This document shows positions 1-9,469 of a stretch of DNA of 25,207 nt, in pieces; the stretch's first letter is position 1; the number at the start of each line of letters is the position of its first letter. The notes below the pieces were generated by a model. That model was not told where the DNA came from. It ran no database searches and saw nothing but the letters and a program-made list of their open reading frames with translations. Where the stretch lies: assembly GCA_013416795.1 (NCBI GenBank), contig RQSC01000663.1, positions 24,714-49,920 on the forward strand, in the 5' to 3' direction. The DNA comes from Prasinococcaceae sp. CCMP 1430 (lineage: Eukaryota > Plantae > Prasinodermophyta). The translations under genes were made by a program, and so were the position numbers.

Positions 1-358
1 CGCGCGGCCGCCCGGGCTGCGCCGCGCGCGCGCACAGCGCCCGCGCCCTGCCCCGTCGTCCCTGCTGCTGCGCTCATTCCAGGCCACCGTGGGACAATTT
101 GATGCGATTTTAGATGTATGGTCAGAGATGGGTCGCATCGGCCCGCCCGAGGCCGGCCCACCGCAGCCGATCCGATCCGCCGGGGCGGGCCCGCGGCCGG
201 CCTCCGGAATCCCCTATATCAAAAAGAGTTGAAATTCCCGTCGGTGCGAAGGCGAGAGCGAGCGCTCAACGGGGTGAAGACCGCGCATTTTGATGTGGTT
301 TGATGCATTGGGATTCCGTTTTGTGTGATGGAATCCAAAGGATCGTGAGGGTTCCAAA

Positions 359-370
359 TTTGGCGGGAAA
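359..370. promoter_or_regulatory. Canonical E2F/DP-type site TTTGGCGGGAAA
   Basis: Exact 12-mer TTTGGCGGGAAA (reverse complement TTTCCCGCCAAA) inside a relatively AT-rich non-coding stretch (~90-370). The target gene is unknown because a gap follows. Confidence 0.4.
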
Positions 371-423
371 TCGCGCGCGCGCGTGCGGGCGTGCGGGCGC
401 GCGCGCGCGCGCGCGCGGGCAGA

Positions 424-1226
424 NNNNNNNNNNNNNNNNNNNNNNNNNNNNNNNNNNNNNNNNNNNNNNNNNNNNNNNNNNNNNNNNNNNNNNNNNNNNN
501 NNNNNNNNNNNNNNNNNNNNNNNNNNNNNNNNNNNNNNNNNNNNNNNNNNNNNNNNNNNNNNNNNNNNNNNNNNNNNNNNNNNNNNNNNNNNNNNNNNNN
601 NNNNNNNNNNNNNNNNNNNNNNNNNNNNNNNNNNNNNNNNNNNNNNNNNNNNNNNNNNNNNNNNNNNNNNNNNNNNNNNNNNNNNNNNNNNNNNNNNNNN
701 NNNNNNNNNNNNNNNNNNNNNNNNNNNNNNNNNNNNNNNNNNNNNNNNNNNNNNNNNNNNNNNNNNNNNNNNNNNNNNNNNNNNNNNNNNNNNNNNNNNN
801 NNNNNNNNNNNNNNNNNNNNNNNNNNNNNNNNNNNNNNNNNNNNNNNNNNNNNNNNNNNNNNNNNNNNNNNNNNNNNNNNNNNNNNNNNNNNNNNNNNNN
901 NNNNNNNNNNNNNNNNNNNNNNNNNNNNNNNNNNNNNNNNNNNNNNNNNNNNNNNNNNNNNNNNNNNNNNNNNNNNNNNNNNNNNNNNNNNNNNNNNNNN
1001 NNNNNNNNNNNNNNNNNNNNNNNNNNNNNNNNNNNNNNNNNNNNNNNNNNNNNNNNNNNNNNNNNNNNNNNNNNNNNNNNNNNNNNNNNNNNNNNNNNNN
1101 NNNNNNNNNNNNNNNNNNNNNNNNNNNNNNNNNNNNNNNNNNNNNNNNNNNNNNNNNNNNNNNNNNNNNNNNNNNNNNNNNNNNNNNNNNNNNNNNNNNN
1201 NNNNNNNNNNNNNNNNNNNNNNNNNN
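424..1226. other. Assembly gap (N run)
   Basis: Continuous N, flanked by (GC)n-rich sequence. It may hide the first exon(s) of the kinase. Confidence 0.99.
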
Positions 1227-1473
1227 CGAGCGCGCGGCCGCCGCTGGGGGCGGCGCGCGTGAGCGCGAGAGTTGCTTTGTTTGCAGCGGGCGCGCCCGAG
1301 TGGGGGCCCTCCCGCGCGCGCGCCCTGAGCCGCCGCGGGCGCGGGGGCGCGAGCTTTCCATCGCGCGCGGTGAGGGAGGTGCTGACGCAGCTGAGCACGT
1401 GCGCGCGCTCCGTGCTGGCGGCGGCGCCCGCGCGACGCCACCTGTCCTCCGCGCACATGCGCGCCTGGCGTAG

Positions 1474-2665
1474 CTCAATCCCGAGCAAGAGGTCCCGGAT
1501 CTGCGGCATCTCGGCTTCGAGTTCATCAAACACATCGCTGATGGCGGCCAGGCGCGCCAGCTGGGGTGCAAGCTCTACAGGAACTCCGCGACGGGCGTGT
1601 ACAATGCGGTCAAGTTCCTGCTGCTCGACTCAATGGATGAGAAGCACCTCACCGAGGCAGGGCGAGAGATCCGCAATCAGTGGCGCTGCAACCACGCCAA
1701 CGTCGCCAGCATCAAGTGGGTCAACCTCATCAAACACAAGTGCAAGTTCCAGCCCAAGGAGCAGATGTTCCTCTGCATTGCCATGGAGTTCTGCTCGAAC
1801 GGCGAGCTCTTCAACTCGGTGGCGGGTGGCAAGTTCGCCACCGAGGCGGAGAAGCGGAGGATCTTTTCTGAGCTTGTGGCGGCGGTGGAGTACCTCCATA
1901 CCTTCCTCGAGATTTGCCACCGCGACCTGAAGCTCGAGAACGTGCTGCTGGACGGGAACAACCGCATTAAGTACGTGCGCCAGCTGCGCCGCCGCGGTCC
2001 ATTGCACGCGCGCGGTCCGCGCCCTTGCGACGCTGACACATGGCGGCGCGCCCTCGTGCGCACGCGCACACGACAGGGTCTGTGACTTCGGAGTGAGCAA
2101 GGCGCAGGGATTCGACAGCGATCCGCGCTCGTGCGTTGGAACGCCCGCTTACTGCGCGCCCGAGGTGCTGCACGGGGTGGGAAAAGATGCGTACAACGGG
2201 CGCAAGGCGGATGTGTGGAGCCTCGGCGTGGTGCTATACATCCTTGAGCATCGCCAGTTCCCCTTCGGCGCCGAGCCACAGTGCTCGCTGGTGCAGGTGA
2301 TGGCCAACATCCGCAATATGCACTTCGTTGGGACGAGGCCCAACAGGGAGGTCGGCGTGGACAGTCTCATCCGCTGCATTCTCACACCCGACCCGAAGCG
2401 CCGCCTCGACCTCTCTCAGATTTGGGCGCACCCGTGGATGGCCGGCGTCGACGCCAGCCTGAGGGACCCCACGGGGAGGCCAAACGAGACCGGCGGGCCC
2501 ACGCAGTCTCCGGAGGACGCGGAGCGCGTCTTCGCGAGGGCTGAGGAGTACGTCCTCGACCGCAAGGCCAACGAGTCGTCGCTGGCGGATGCGATGGACG
2601 AGGCCTTCGACCTGGAGAACGTGGAGGACGAGTACGGCGCAGATTTCGCTGCTACGGATGACTAG
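1474..2665 (+). CDS. SnRK2-like Ser/Thr protein kinase, 5'-incomplete; exons 1474..1970 and 2077..2665
   Basis: Spliced reading gives AVKF (subdomain II), REIRNQ (alphaC), HRDLKLENVLLDG, IK|VCDFGVSK, SCVGTPAYCAPEVL and ADVWSLGVVLY. It continues into QSPEDAERVFARA (SnRK2-box-like) and an acidic tail DEAFDLENVEDEYGADFAATDD. The frame opens after TAG 1471-1473, a probable splice acceptor; no in-frame ATG precedes the kinase domain in this exon. Confidence 0.85.
1971..2076 (+). other. Spliceosomal intron in kinase gene (106 nt, phase 2)
   Basis: GTACGT donor, GCTGAC at 2032-2037, and ACGACAG acceptor. Removal restores ATT AA|G GTC TGT GAC TTC GGA (I-K-V-C-D-F-G). Confidence 0.92.
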
Positions 2666-2789
2666 TTGCTGGCACGCGCCGATCTATCCGGCAGGAAGCA
2701 CCTCGAGCGGGCGCTGCGCCGCTGCGGCGTACGGTCATTTTCCCCTGGCGCCACTCTTCGATTGCTCTTGGGTGTGGCCGGTGGCGGAG

Positions 2790-2823
2790 CCCCCCCCCCC
2801 CCCCCCCCCCCCTCCCCCCCCCC
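2790..2823 (+). repeat. Poly-C tract (one T interruption)
   Basis: Directly visible homopolymer; the minus strand is poly-G. Confidence 0.95.
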
Positions 2824-3218
2824 TCGTCTGTGCGCCCACCCATCCATCCACGCACGCATCGCCGGAGCGCCACCCTCCCTTCCCCCAACACGCCCCCATA
2901 ACTAATTATGACCAACCGACAGGCGATCGCGCGTCTCCTCGCCAGCTTCTCGAGCAAGCGGGAGAGCGAGGCAGTGACGCTCGCGCCCGCGCCCCCGCCC
3001 AGCGTGTGCGCCACTCGTGACCATCGGCGCGCCCGCGCTTGGCCGCCCGCCAGCACCGTTGAGAGTGCCGGATATGCGTCAATATGCACGGCACGCGCTC
3101 GCCGCCTGTGCTCGTCGCCGCGCCCCTCGCCCGCCCCACAACTGCCGATCGCCCCCTGCTGCGGCACGAAAAGCGTCGGCGGCGGCGCCGCCGGCGGCCC
3201 GCCGCCCGCGGCCGGTAA

Positions 3219-3290
3219 NNNNNNNNNNNNNNNNNNNNNNNNNNNNNNNNNNNNNNNNNNNNNNNNNNNNNNNNNNNNNNNNNNNNNNNN
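3219..3290. other. Assembly gap (72 N) in the 5' region of ORC2
   Basis: N run. It prevents assignment of the ORC2 start codon. Confidence 0.99.
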
Positions 3291-5509
3291 CGGCGGCGGG
3301 CGCCAAGGCTGCGAGCGTGCGCGCGGCTGCGCCAGCGGCCGCAGCCGCGGCCAGCGTCGTCAAGCGCGGTAGGAGCAACGAGGGCCGTGAGCTGCGCGCG
3401 CTCGGCAGGGCCGTGCGTGCACAGGCAGCCAAGGTCTCCAAGGCGAGGACCGGCGCCGCGGCCGCCGGCGCCGACCCGCTGCTGCAGGAGAGCGTCGAGC
3501 AGCTCAAGGAGCGCTTCCGCGCCACGTTGGGCAGGGATGCGTCCTCAAGCAATAAGGGCTGGCTTGTCATGAAGATCCGGTTGGAAGAGAAGAAGGCCGA
3601 CAAGGAGAAGGCCGCCGCGTCGCCCTCGCCGGCGAAGGCTGGGCGCTCGCCCGCAGCGCGATCGTCGCCGCCGCAGCGGCAGCAGCAGCAGCGTTCACCA
3701 GCGGCTGCGCGGTCACCCACGCACAACCGCGCATCAGCCGGACGGAAGCGCGGGGCGTGCAGCCAGGCAGACGCCGGGGCTTCCGCACGCGCGCGCAAGA
3801 GACTCAACCTCGGCAGCGCGGACGGCATCGCGGGGCGCGATGAGGTAGAAAGCGAGGGCGACGAGGCCTCCGACGAGCAGCTCGAGGATGCACGGGCGGA
3901 CGACGACGGCAGCGGAGGGAGGGACGCCGATGTGGGCGACGACGACTTCTTCAACCGCGATGCGTGTGCAGATGCGAGCCCGGGCGCGGGCGCGGGTACG
4001 AGTGGCTATGTCGCAGCGCCTGTGGCGCCCACCGCAGTCGCGCGGCCGGCGGTCAACGGCGACGCGATCCGCGCGGCGATGCGCGCGGCGATGGGGCGTT
4101 CGATGGGAGGCGGCCTGACCATCGCGGCCGCCGCGCCCGCGGAGCCGAACGAGAGTGCTGGCAGGGGCGTGGACGCAAGCGCGATGGAAAGGGGCACCGG
4201 CACGGCGTGTGCACCTGGCACCGACGAAGCCGAACAGGAGGAGGAGGAGGAGGAGGGTGGGAATGGCCGCGCGTACATCGAAGCCACGCGCAAGCAGGGC
4301 GCGTCCGGCAGCACGGCCAAGGGAAGCAAGGGCGCCAAGGGCGCCAAGGGCGCCGCGCGCACCAAGACGAACAACCGCGCCGCGAGCGCCCCACTGAATG
4401 AGTCGTTGCTGGCGGACGACGCGGCGGTGGCAGCAGCGCTCGCGACGCTTCCCGACAAGCACGCGGCCGCGCGCGCAGAGCTTTTCGAGGTGTACGAGCA
4501 CGAGTCGGCGCAATGGGCACTGCGGCTGCGCGCAGGGAGCTCGCTGCTCTTCCACGGTTTCGGCTCCAAGCGCAAGCTTCTGGATGAGTTCGTCGCGCGC
4601 TCGTGCTCTGACGGCAGCGTGCTGGAAGTCGACGGCTTCGAGCAGGCGCTCACGGCGCGTGACGTGCTGCGCGCGGCCGCCACGATCGCGCGCGAGCACG
4701 CGGCGGCGGTGGCCAACGCCAACGCCGCCACGGGCTCGGCTGTAGACGCCGAGGGCGTGGCCGTGGGCGCGGCGATTAGTGGGATGTCCAATGCGGAGCT
4801 CTGCGCGGTGGTGCGCGCCGCCATGCATCTGCCGGGAGTCGATCCGCGCGCCGAGGAGAGCGGGTCCTCGGTGCCCATGCCTCCCCTGTACCTGGTGGTG
4901 CACTCGATCGACGGCCCCAGCCTGCGGAGCGCCGAGGCGCAAGCGCAGTTGGCCGAACTTGCCGCATGCACGCACGTGCGCGTGGTGGCCAGTGTCGACC
5001 ACCTGAATGCCGCGCTGCTGTGGGATCGCGAGGCGCTCGGGCGCTTTCGCTGGAGCTGGATCGAGGCGCCCACGTGGGCTCCATATACCTCCGAGGCGCG
5101 CAGCTTCGCGCCGCTGGTGGCGCCCCGCGCCGAGGGTCGCCGCGCGCAGGGTGCACTGCAGGTGCTGCAGTCGCTCACGCCCAACGCGCGGGGCATCTTC
5201 CGCATGCTCATCGACCGCTGCAACGCGCAGGCCCAGGCGGCCGCAGCGGCAGGCGGCCGCGGCGGCGGCGCCATTGGCATCAGCTTCCACGCGCTCTACG
5301 AGGCCTGCCGCGAGCGCTTCCTGTGCTCGAGCCAGGCCACGCTCAAGAGTGTGCTCACCGAGTTCGCCGACCACGAGCTGGTGCGCGAACGGCGCACAGC
5401 AGGCACGGGCGAGCGCACCGGGGGCGAGCGCGGCGGCGGTGACCTCATCCAGGTGGCGTTGCCCAAGGCGGCGCTCAGCTCGGTGCTTGAGGCCATGGAC
5501 GCTGCCTGA
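3291..5509 (+). CDS. ORC2: Origin recognition complex subunit 2 (start uncertain, upstream of or within the gap)
   Basis: The C-terminal half has the ORC2 blocks QWALRLRAGSSLLFHGFGSKRKLLDEF, LYLVVHSIDGPSLR, VRVVASVDHLNAALLWD, FRWSWIEAPTWAPYTSE, VLQSLTPNARGIFRML and the winged-helix block ISFHALYEACRERFLCSSQATLKSVLTEFADHELV. The N-terminus is long and low-complexity. Stop TGA at 5507-5509. Confidence 0.93.
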
Positions 5510-5538
5510 GCGCGTGCGCGCGTAAGAACCTCGCTCTA

Positions 5539-5544
5539 AATAAA
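5539..5544 (+). terminator. Possible polyadenylation signal AATAAA for ORC2
   Basis: AATAAA 30 nt after the ORC2 stop, in the ~160-nt spacer between convergent genes. Confidence 0.3.
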
Positions 5545-5669
5545 GCACATGGCACGCGGCGTCTCCGCGCTGCCCGCGCACGCAGGCCTGGCAGAACACT
5601 GTGCTTATACGCACTTCGTCAGAATCGGGGCTAGCGGCACCTGTGTGGCGCTGCGCGGCGCATAATGCG

Positions 5670-8600
5670 CTACGTCGCGCTCTCTGCGCCGCCAGCTTTG
5701 TCACCCACGCCGATGCTGCCCGCGCCGATAGCGTCACTGGGCCCTTCGCACGAGCCGTACAGCGCGCGCTCATACCCCTCGATCTCCGAGGCGGAGAGGC
5801 CGTTGAAAGCAACCGACTCGGGGGCGAGAGCACGCAGGCCGTCGTGGAGCGGCCCGCGGCTCCGCTCAGCGTACCAGCCGACGCGGTCGGGCGCTGACCT
5901 CATCGGCGTCAGCGCGGCCTTCAGTGCGCTGCCGCCATGAAAGCGCTCGCGCCCCTGATCGTCTCGCGAGTCGGTGGGAGTCACATGGGCGTCCTTCTGC
6001 ATGCACCTTGAGAGCGCGATATCTGCCGCCATGTTTTCGTTGCATTGGCCCTCCGCGACGCGCTCGCCTTCGCCGCGCCATCCCGCCGTTGCATCAGCAA
6101 ACTTCTCTAAGCCCGCGGAGTTGAAGAGGTACATGGTGTTCAGCACTGTGAGGGCGCCGGTGCTGGAGTTGGCCAAGGGGACGCCCTCGGCGTCGCGCTT
6201 GTTCCGATGCAAAGCGTCCTCAAACATCACGCGCCCTGTGTAGAGCGCACGCTGCTCGTCGCCCGCCTTGCTCTCAAGCTGTGCGATCATCTTGCGGACA
6301 TTCTCGACGACCACGTAGGAGTTGTCAGGCATGAAAAGGAAGTGGGTGAAGGCCTTCGTGTGGCCGCGGCAATTCAGAATGCGCAGCACTTCAAACAGCT
6401 CCTTTGCGTGGCCGAACTCGCGCCCCCGCACCAAGAATGGCTGCAGCGCCGCCTCGGCCTCAGCGTACGCGGGTCGTTCCGCCTTGAATGCATCGGTGGC
6501 ATATTGGCCCACGAAGAGCACGCCACTGCAGCGCTTGCCCCATGTGCGCCAGGAGCGCGTCGCCAAGCCCGACCGGATGCCTTCGACGTTCGTCGAGATA
6601 ACACACAGCAGCTTGATGGATGCACGCGCGGCATCCTCGCCATGGCCACGCACTACCCTCAGGTGGCGCATCGCGAGATCGTCTGTGGTCCCGTTCCAGC
6701 TCGGATAGCTGACAACGTCGCCCTGGGCGACGCCTTTGTGTTCATGCGCCTCCGGCAGGCCCTCGCCACCATAAGGGGCCACAAAGTTCGCAGAGCACGT
6801 GTCGACCTCGGTTGCCCATGCGGCCGTATTGCCGAGCCTTGCGTCGTCCCACCTAGCGTCCCCTTGCATATGGATAGCGCCCCCAGGTTTGTCAATGTTG
6901 CAGCACAGCAGACGCTCCCGGGTTGTGAATCCCTCGGCGCGCTCCACCGCCGCGGCCGCTGCCGCTGGCTCCAGTGACTTGAGAGGCACCGGGTCGAGCT
7001 GCCACCCACAGCCGCACTGGGTACCAATCCACTGGGACTTGGACGCGTTGGACCCTGCAGGTGTATGGATGACGAAACCGGAGCGGTCGAGGTATTGCTG
7101 CCTCGTTCGCTCGTTGCCGATTGCGAACGCTTCACCAGGGGCGAGGCCAGAGAGCTCGATCTCCCCGCTATCTTTCTGTGGCAAACTGAAGATCTCCCAT
7201 ACGCGACGCTCAGCAGCAGCGCGGCGGCGTTGCACCTGAGGCTGCCAAGCGTGGTGCATGCTTTCGAGACGAGGTGCGCCTTCGCGCCTGTAGTAATGAA
7301 AGACCACGTTCACCGACGGGATGTAGAAATCAAAACCATGGCTGTACAAACGGAGTGCCCGCGCTGGTTCCTCGCCCATGAAAACGTACGGCATGTACTT
7401 GTCGTAAGGCACCGCACGCTCACTCTCGCCGAGGCCAAAGCTGAGTCCCGCTGCCCAGAATCCCGTGAGCTCCGGCCTGCCGACCCAGGGATTCTCATCG
7501 CCTGCCCCCTTGTTCGCCAGGCTCCCACCGTTCAGAAACAGCCTGCAGATGCGTGGCACCATCTTGTAGTGGGAGATGCCATCCAGCCAGGGCTTTTCCA
7601 TTCTGTCGTCTGCCATCGGGTACGCCGTGAGGATGCCGCGCGGGTTCCCGGCCAGCTTCCAATTGTCGATGAGGAGCGAGTCCCAGTTCTGCGCGAAGAG
7701 GGAATGGGAATCCACCTGGAGGAAAAAAGTCTCGTCTTCTAGGAGCTGCTGCGAGTCATACCGTGTCACGCACACGCCCTCCGAATCCTCCGCGCGCTGC
7801 CTGCTGACGCGCACTTGTGACCGACGGCAATTGCTCTCCCCGACCTTGTTGCAATACATGTCCAGGCAATCGAAATCGAACGGGACGGCGAACTGATCAC
7901 CCGATGCTGTCTGCTGCACAATGCCGATGAACACGCGCGACGCGTTCGCGGCGTTCTTGAAAGCGCTCTCAAGGGTGCGTGGGCACTCGCGATCCCGGAA
8001 TGATGCGAGCGCCATGAAGACAGACGATGACGACGTCGAGTGGTTGAGGTGTAAGCGATCCCAAAACGGGCCGTTCCGCGTCAGATGGCGATTTCTATCC
8101 GCCTCGGTCACTGTCTCGAAGGGGTGTCCCATCGTCTTGTTCGTAGCATTTTTGTCGCTGTCGGCGCCATGCTCCGGCTTGGACTCGCCGTGCGCCGGCT
8201 TGGACTCCCCTCGCGCCACGGCGTCCTGCTCGCGCAGCCTTGAGAGGCGCTCTCGCTCTCGCTCCGTGCAGCTCGAGGGCACGGGCATCTGCGGGTTGTG
8301 CCGAAGCAATCCCATGTTGCAACCGTCCTGCTTCGGCCCAAGCTTTCTGAGCGCACTCGTGGCGGCCTCGCGCAGCATCGGCAGCGCGTGTGCGGCCACA
8401 CGCGTGGGCCAGGATTCGATGACCGGGTCCGGCTGGTGTTTTTCGCCGGTAGCGGTCGCCACGCCGCCTGTGGTGGCTTTGTCCCCTTGGTCGCGCTCCC
8501 CTAGGAGCCGCGCGCTGGCGCTGCCGGTCGACCCGGCGTCCACCCGCTGAGACAGCAGCGAAGGCCGCAGCAGCGCGTCGACCGACTCGACCGACGTCTC

Positions 8601-9131
8601 TTCGAGCTCTTGCTCGAGCTCCTCCCACCACGAAAGGCCTTGCGTTTTGGCACCGGGCGCCAGCCCCCCGCGCACTCCGCCGCGCGGAGACTGCCTGTGC
8701 TCCCACACGACGAGAGGCGCGAGCACCGTGAGCGCCATAAGACCGATGGCGATGACGGTGAGTAGCGAGGGCGCACCGGCCCCAGCTGCAGTCGCGGCAT
8801 GGAGCGGCAGCGCCGCCGCCCCCGACGCGGATCCGCGCTCGCGGCGCATGTCGTCGACTCCTTTCCCCACACCGCCCCCTACTATCTCTAGAGCCCCGCC
8901 CTCGGGCGCGACAGGCGCGACCGCGCTCGCGCGGGGCGGGGCGCGCGCAGCGTCCTGTGGCGCGGCAGCCGGCGCCGCGCCGTCCTCCAGCGCGCTGTCA
9001 ACACCCGCGCGGCGGCGCGGCGGCCGCCGCAATTCGATCTGATATGCGCCGATGCGATTTGATGGAGGTCTTCCTGTGTGTGGAGACGAGACCGAGCGGC
9101 CCAATGCGATTTGATATGGATGCGAGCTCAT
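5670..9131 (-). CDS. Type II membrane glycosyltransferase fusion: GT60 (Gnt1/Gnt2-like GlcNAc transferase) plus C-terminal GT31 (C1GALT1-like) domain, ~1153 aa
   Basis: Probable ATG at 9131 (MSSHPYQ). One hydrophobic helix LLTVIAIGLMALTVLAPLVVW (~8703-8765). GT60 motifs VFMALASFRDREC, FLQVDSHSLF, ILTAYP, FWAAGLSFG, VPYD..YVFMGEE and RLYSHGFDFYIP..VVFHYY (~7289-8027). GT31-like motifs KLLCVIST, TWGKRC, HFLFMPDNSYVVVENVRKMI, LYTGR, ADIALSRC and DSRDDQGRERFH (~5757-6618). Confidence 0.85.
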   Translation of the reverse strand: MSSHPYQIALGRSVSSPHTGRPPSNRIGAYQIELRRPPRRRAGVDSALEDGAAPAAAPQDAARAPPRASAVAPVAPEGGALEIVGGGVGKGVDDMRRERGSASGAAALPLHAATAAGAGAPSLLTVIAIGLMALTVLAPLVVWEHRQSPRGGVRGGLAPGAKTQGLSWWEELEQELEETSVESVDALLRPSLLSQRVDAGSTGSASARLLGERDQGDKATTGGVATATGEKHQPDPVIESWPTRVAAHALPMLREAATSALRKLGPKQDGCNMGLLRHNPQMPVPSSCTERERERLSRLREQDAVARGESKPAHGESKPEHGADSDKNATNKTMGHPFETVTEADRNRHLTRNGPFWDRLHLNHSTSSSSVFMALASFRDRECPRTLESAFKNAANASRVFIGIVQQTASGDQFAVPFDFDCLDMYCNKVGESNCRRSQVRVSRQRAEDSEGVCVTRYDSQQLLEDETFFLQVDSHSLFAQNWDSLLIDNWKLAGNPRGILTAYPMADDRMEKPWLDGISHYKMVPRICRLFLNGGSLANKGAGDENPWVGRPELTGFWAAGLSFGLGESERAVPYDKYMPYVFMGEEPARALRLYSHGFDFYIPSVNVVFHYYRREGAPRLESMHHAWQPQVQRRRAAAERRVWEIFSLPQKDSGEIELSGLAPGEAFAIGNERTRQQYLDRSGFVIHTPAGSNASKSQWIGTQCGCGWQLDPVPLKSLEPAAAAAAVERAEGFTTRERLLCCNIDKPGGAIHMQGDARWDDARLGNTAAWATEVDTCSANFVAPYGGEGLPEAHEHKGVAQGDVVSYPSWNGTTDDLAMRHLRVVRGHGEDAARASIKLLCVISTNVEGIRSGLATRSWRTWGKRCSGVLFVGQYATDAFKAERPAYAEAEAALQPFLVRGREFGHAKELFEVLRILNCRGHTKAFTHFLFMPDNSYVVVENVRKMIAQLESKAGDEQRALYTGRVMFEDALHRNKRDAEGVPLANSSTGALTVLNTMYLFNSAGLEKFADATAGWRGEGERVAEGQCNENMAADIALSRCMQKDAHVTPTDSRDDQGRERFHGGSALKAALTPMRSAPDRVGWYAERSRGPLHDGLRALAPESVAFNGLSASEIEGYERALYGSCEGPSDAIGAGSIGVGDKAGGAESAT

Positions 9132-9469
9132 GTCATGTTGGTTGATGGGGGTCCGCGGGTGGTGTGTTGAGCATGCATACGACGGCCGGCGCGCTCTCCG
9201 ACCCCTCCGTGCGGTGGGTGCACGTCGAGGTGGGGAGCGGGCTGCCACGGCGGAGGGGCAGTGGCGCGCGCGCGCGGGCGAGCGCCACTCGCGCTCCCTC
9301 GCCCGCGTCGGCGCTGCGAGTGGCGGCGCCCCGCGCGCGCGCGCGTGCGCGTCCCAGCCAGCCAGGGCGCGCCATTGATGCAAGGCGGAGGTCGCGACGC
9401 GCGAGCCGCTGCCAGTGCTCACGCAGCTGAGCTCGAGCGCCCACAGCGCACCCCACGGTGGCGACGGGC

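Noticed and set aside
214-1930. Long ORFs spanning the first N gap (both strands)
   Set aside because: Their length comes from untranslatable N codons, and the flanks are (GC)n low-complexity translations.
3734-5833. 699-aa and 424-aa antisense ORFs over ORC2
   Set aside because: Shadow frames of a GC3-rich gene; Arg/Ala/Gly-rich with no domain motifs.
8168-8212. 21-bp tandem duplication encoding GESKPAHGESKPEHG
   Set aside because: Two-copy repeat in the glycosyltransferase stem region; ordinary linker expansion.
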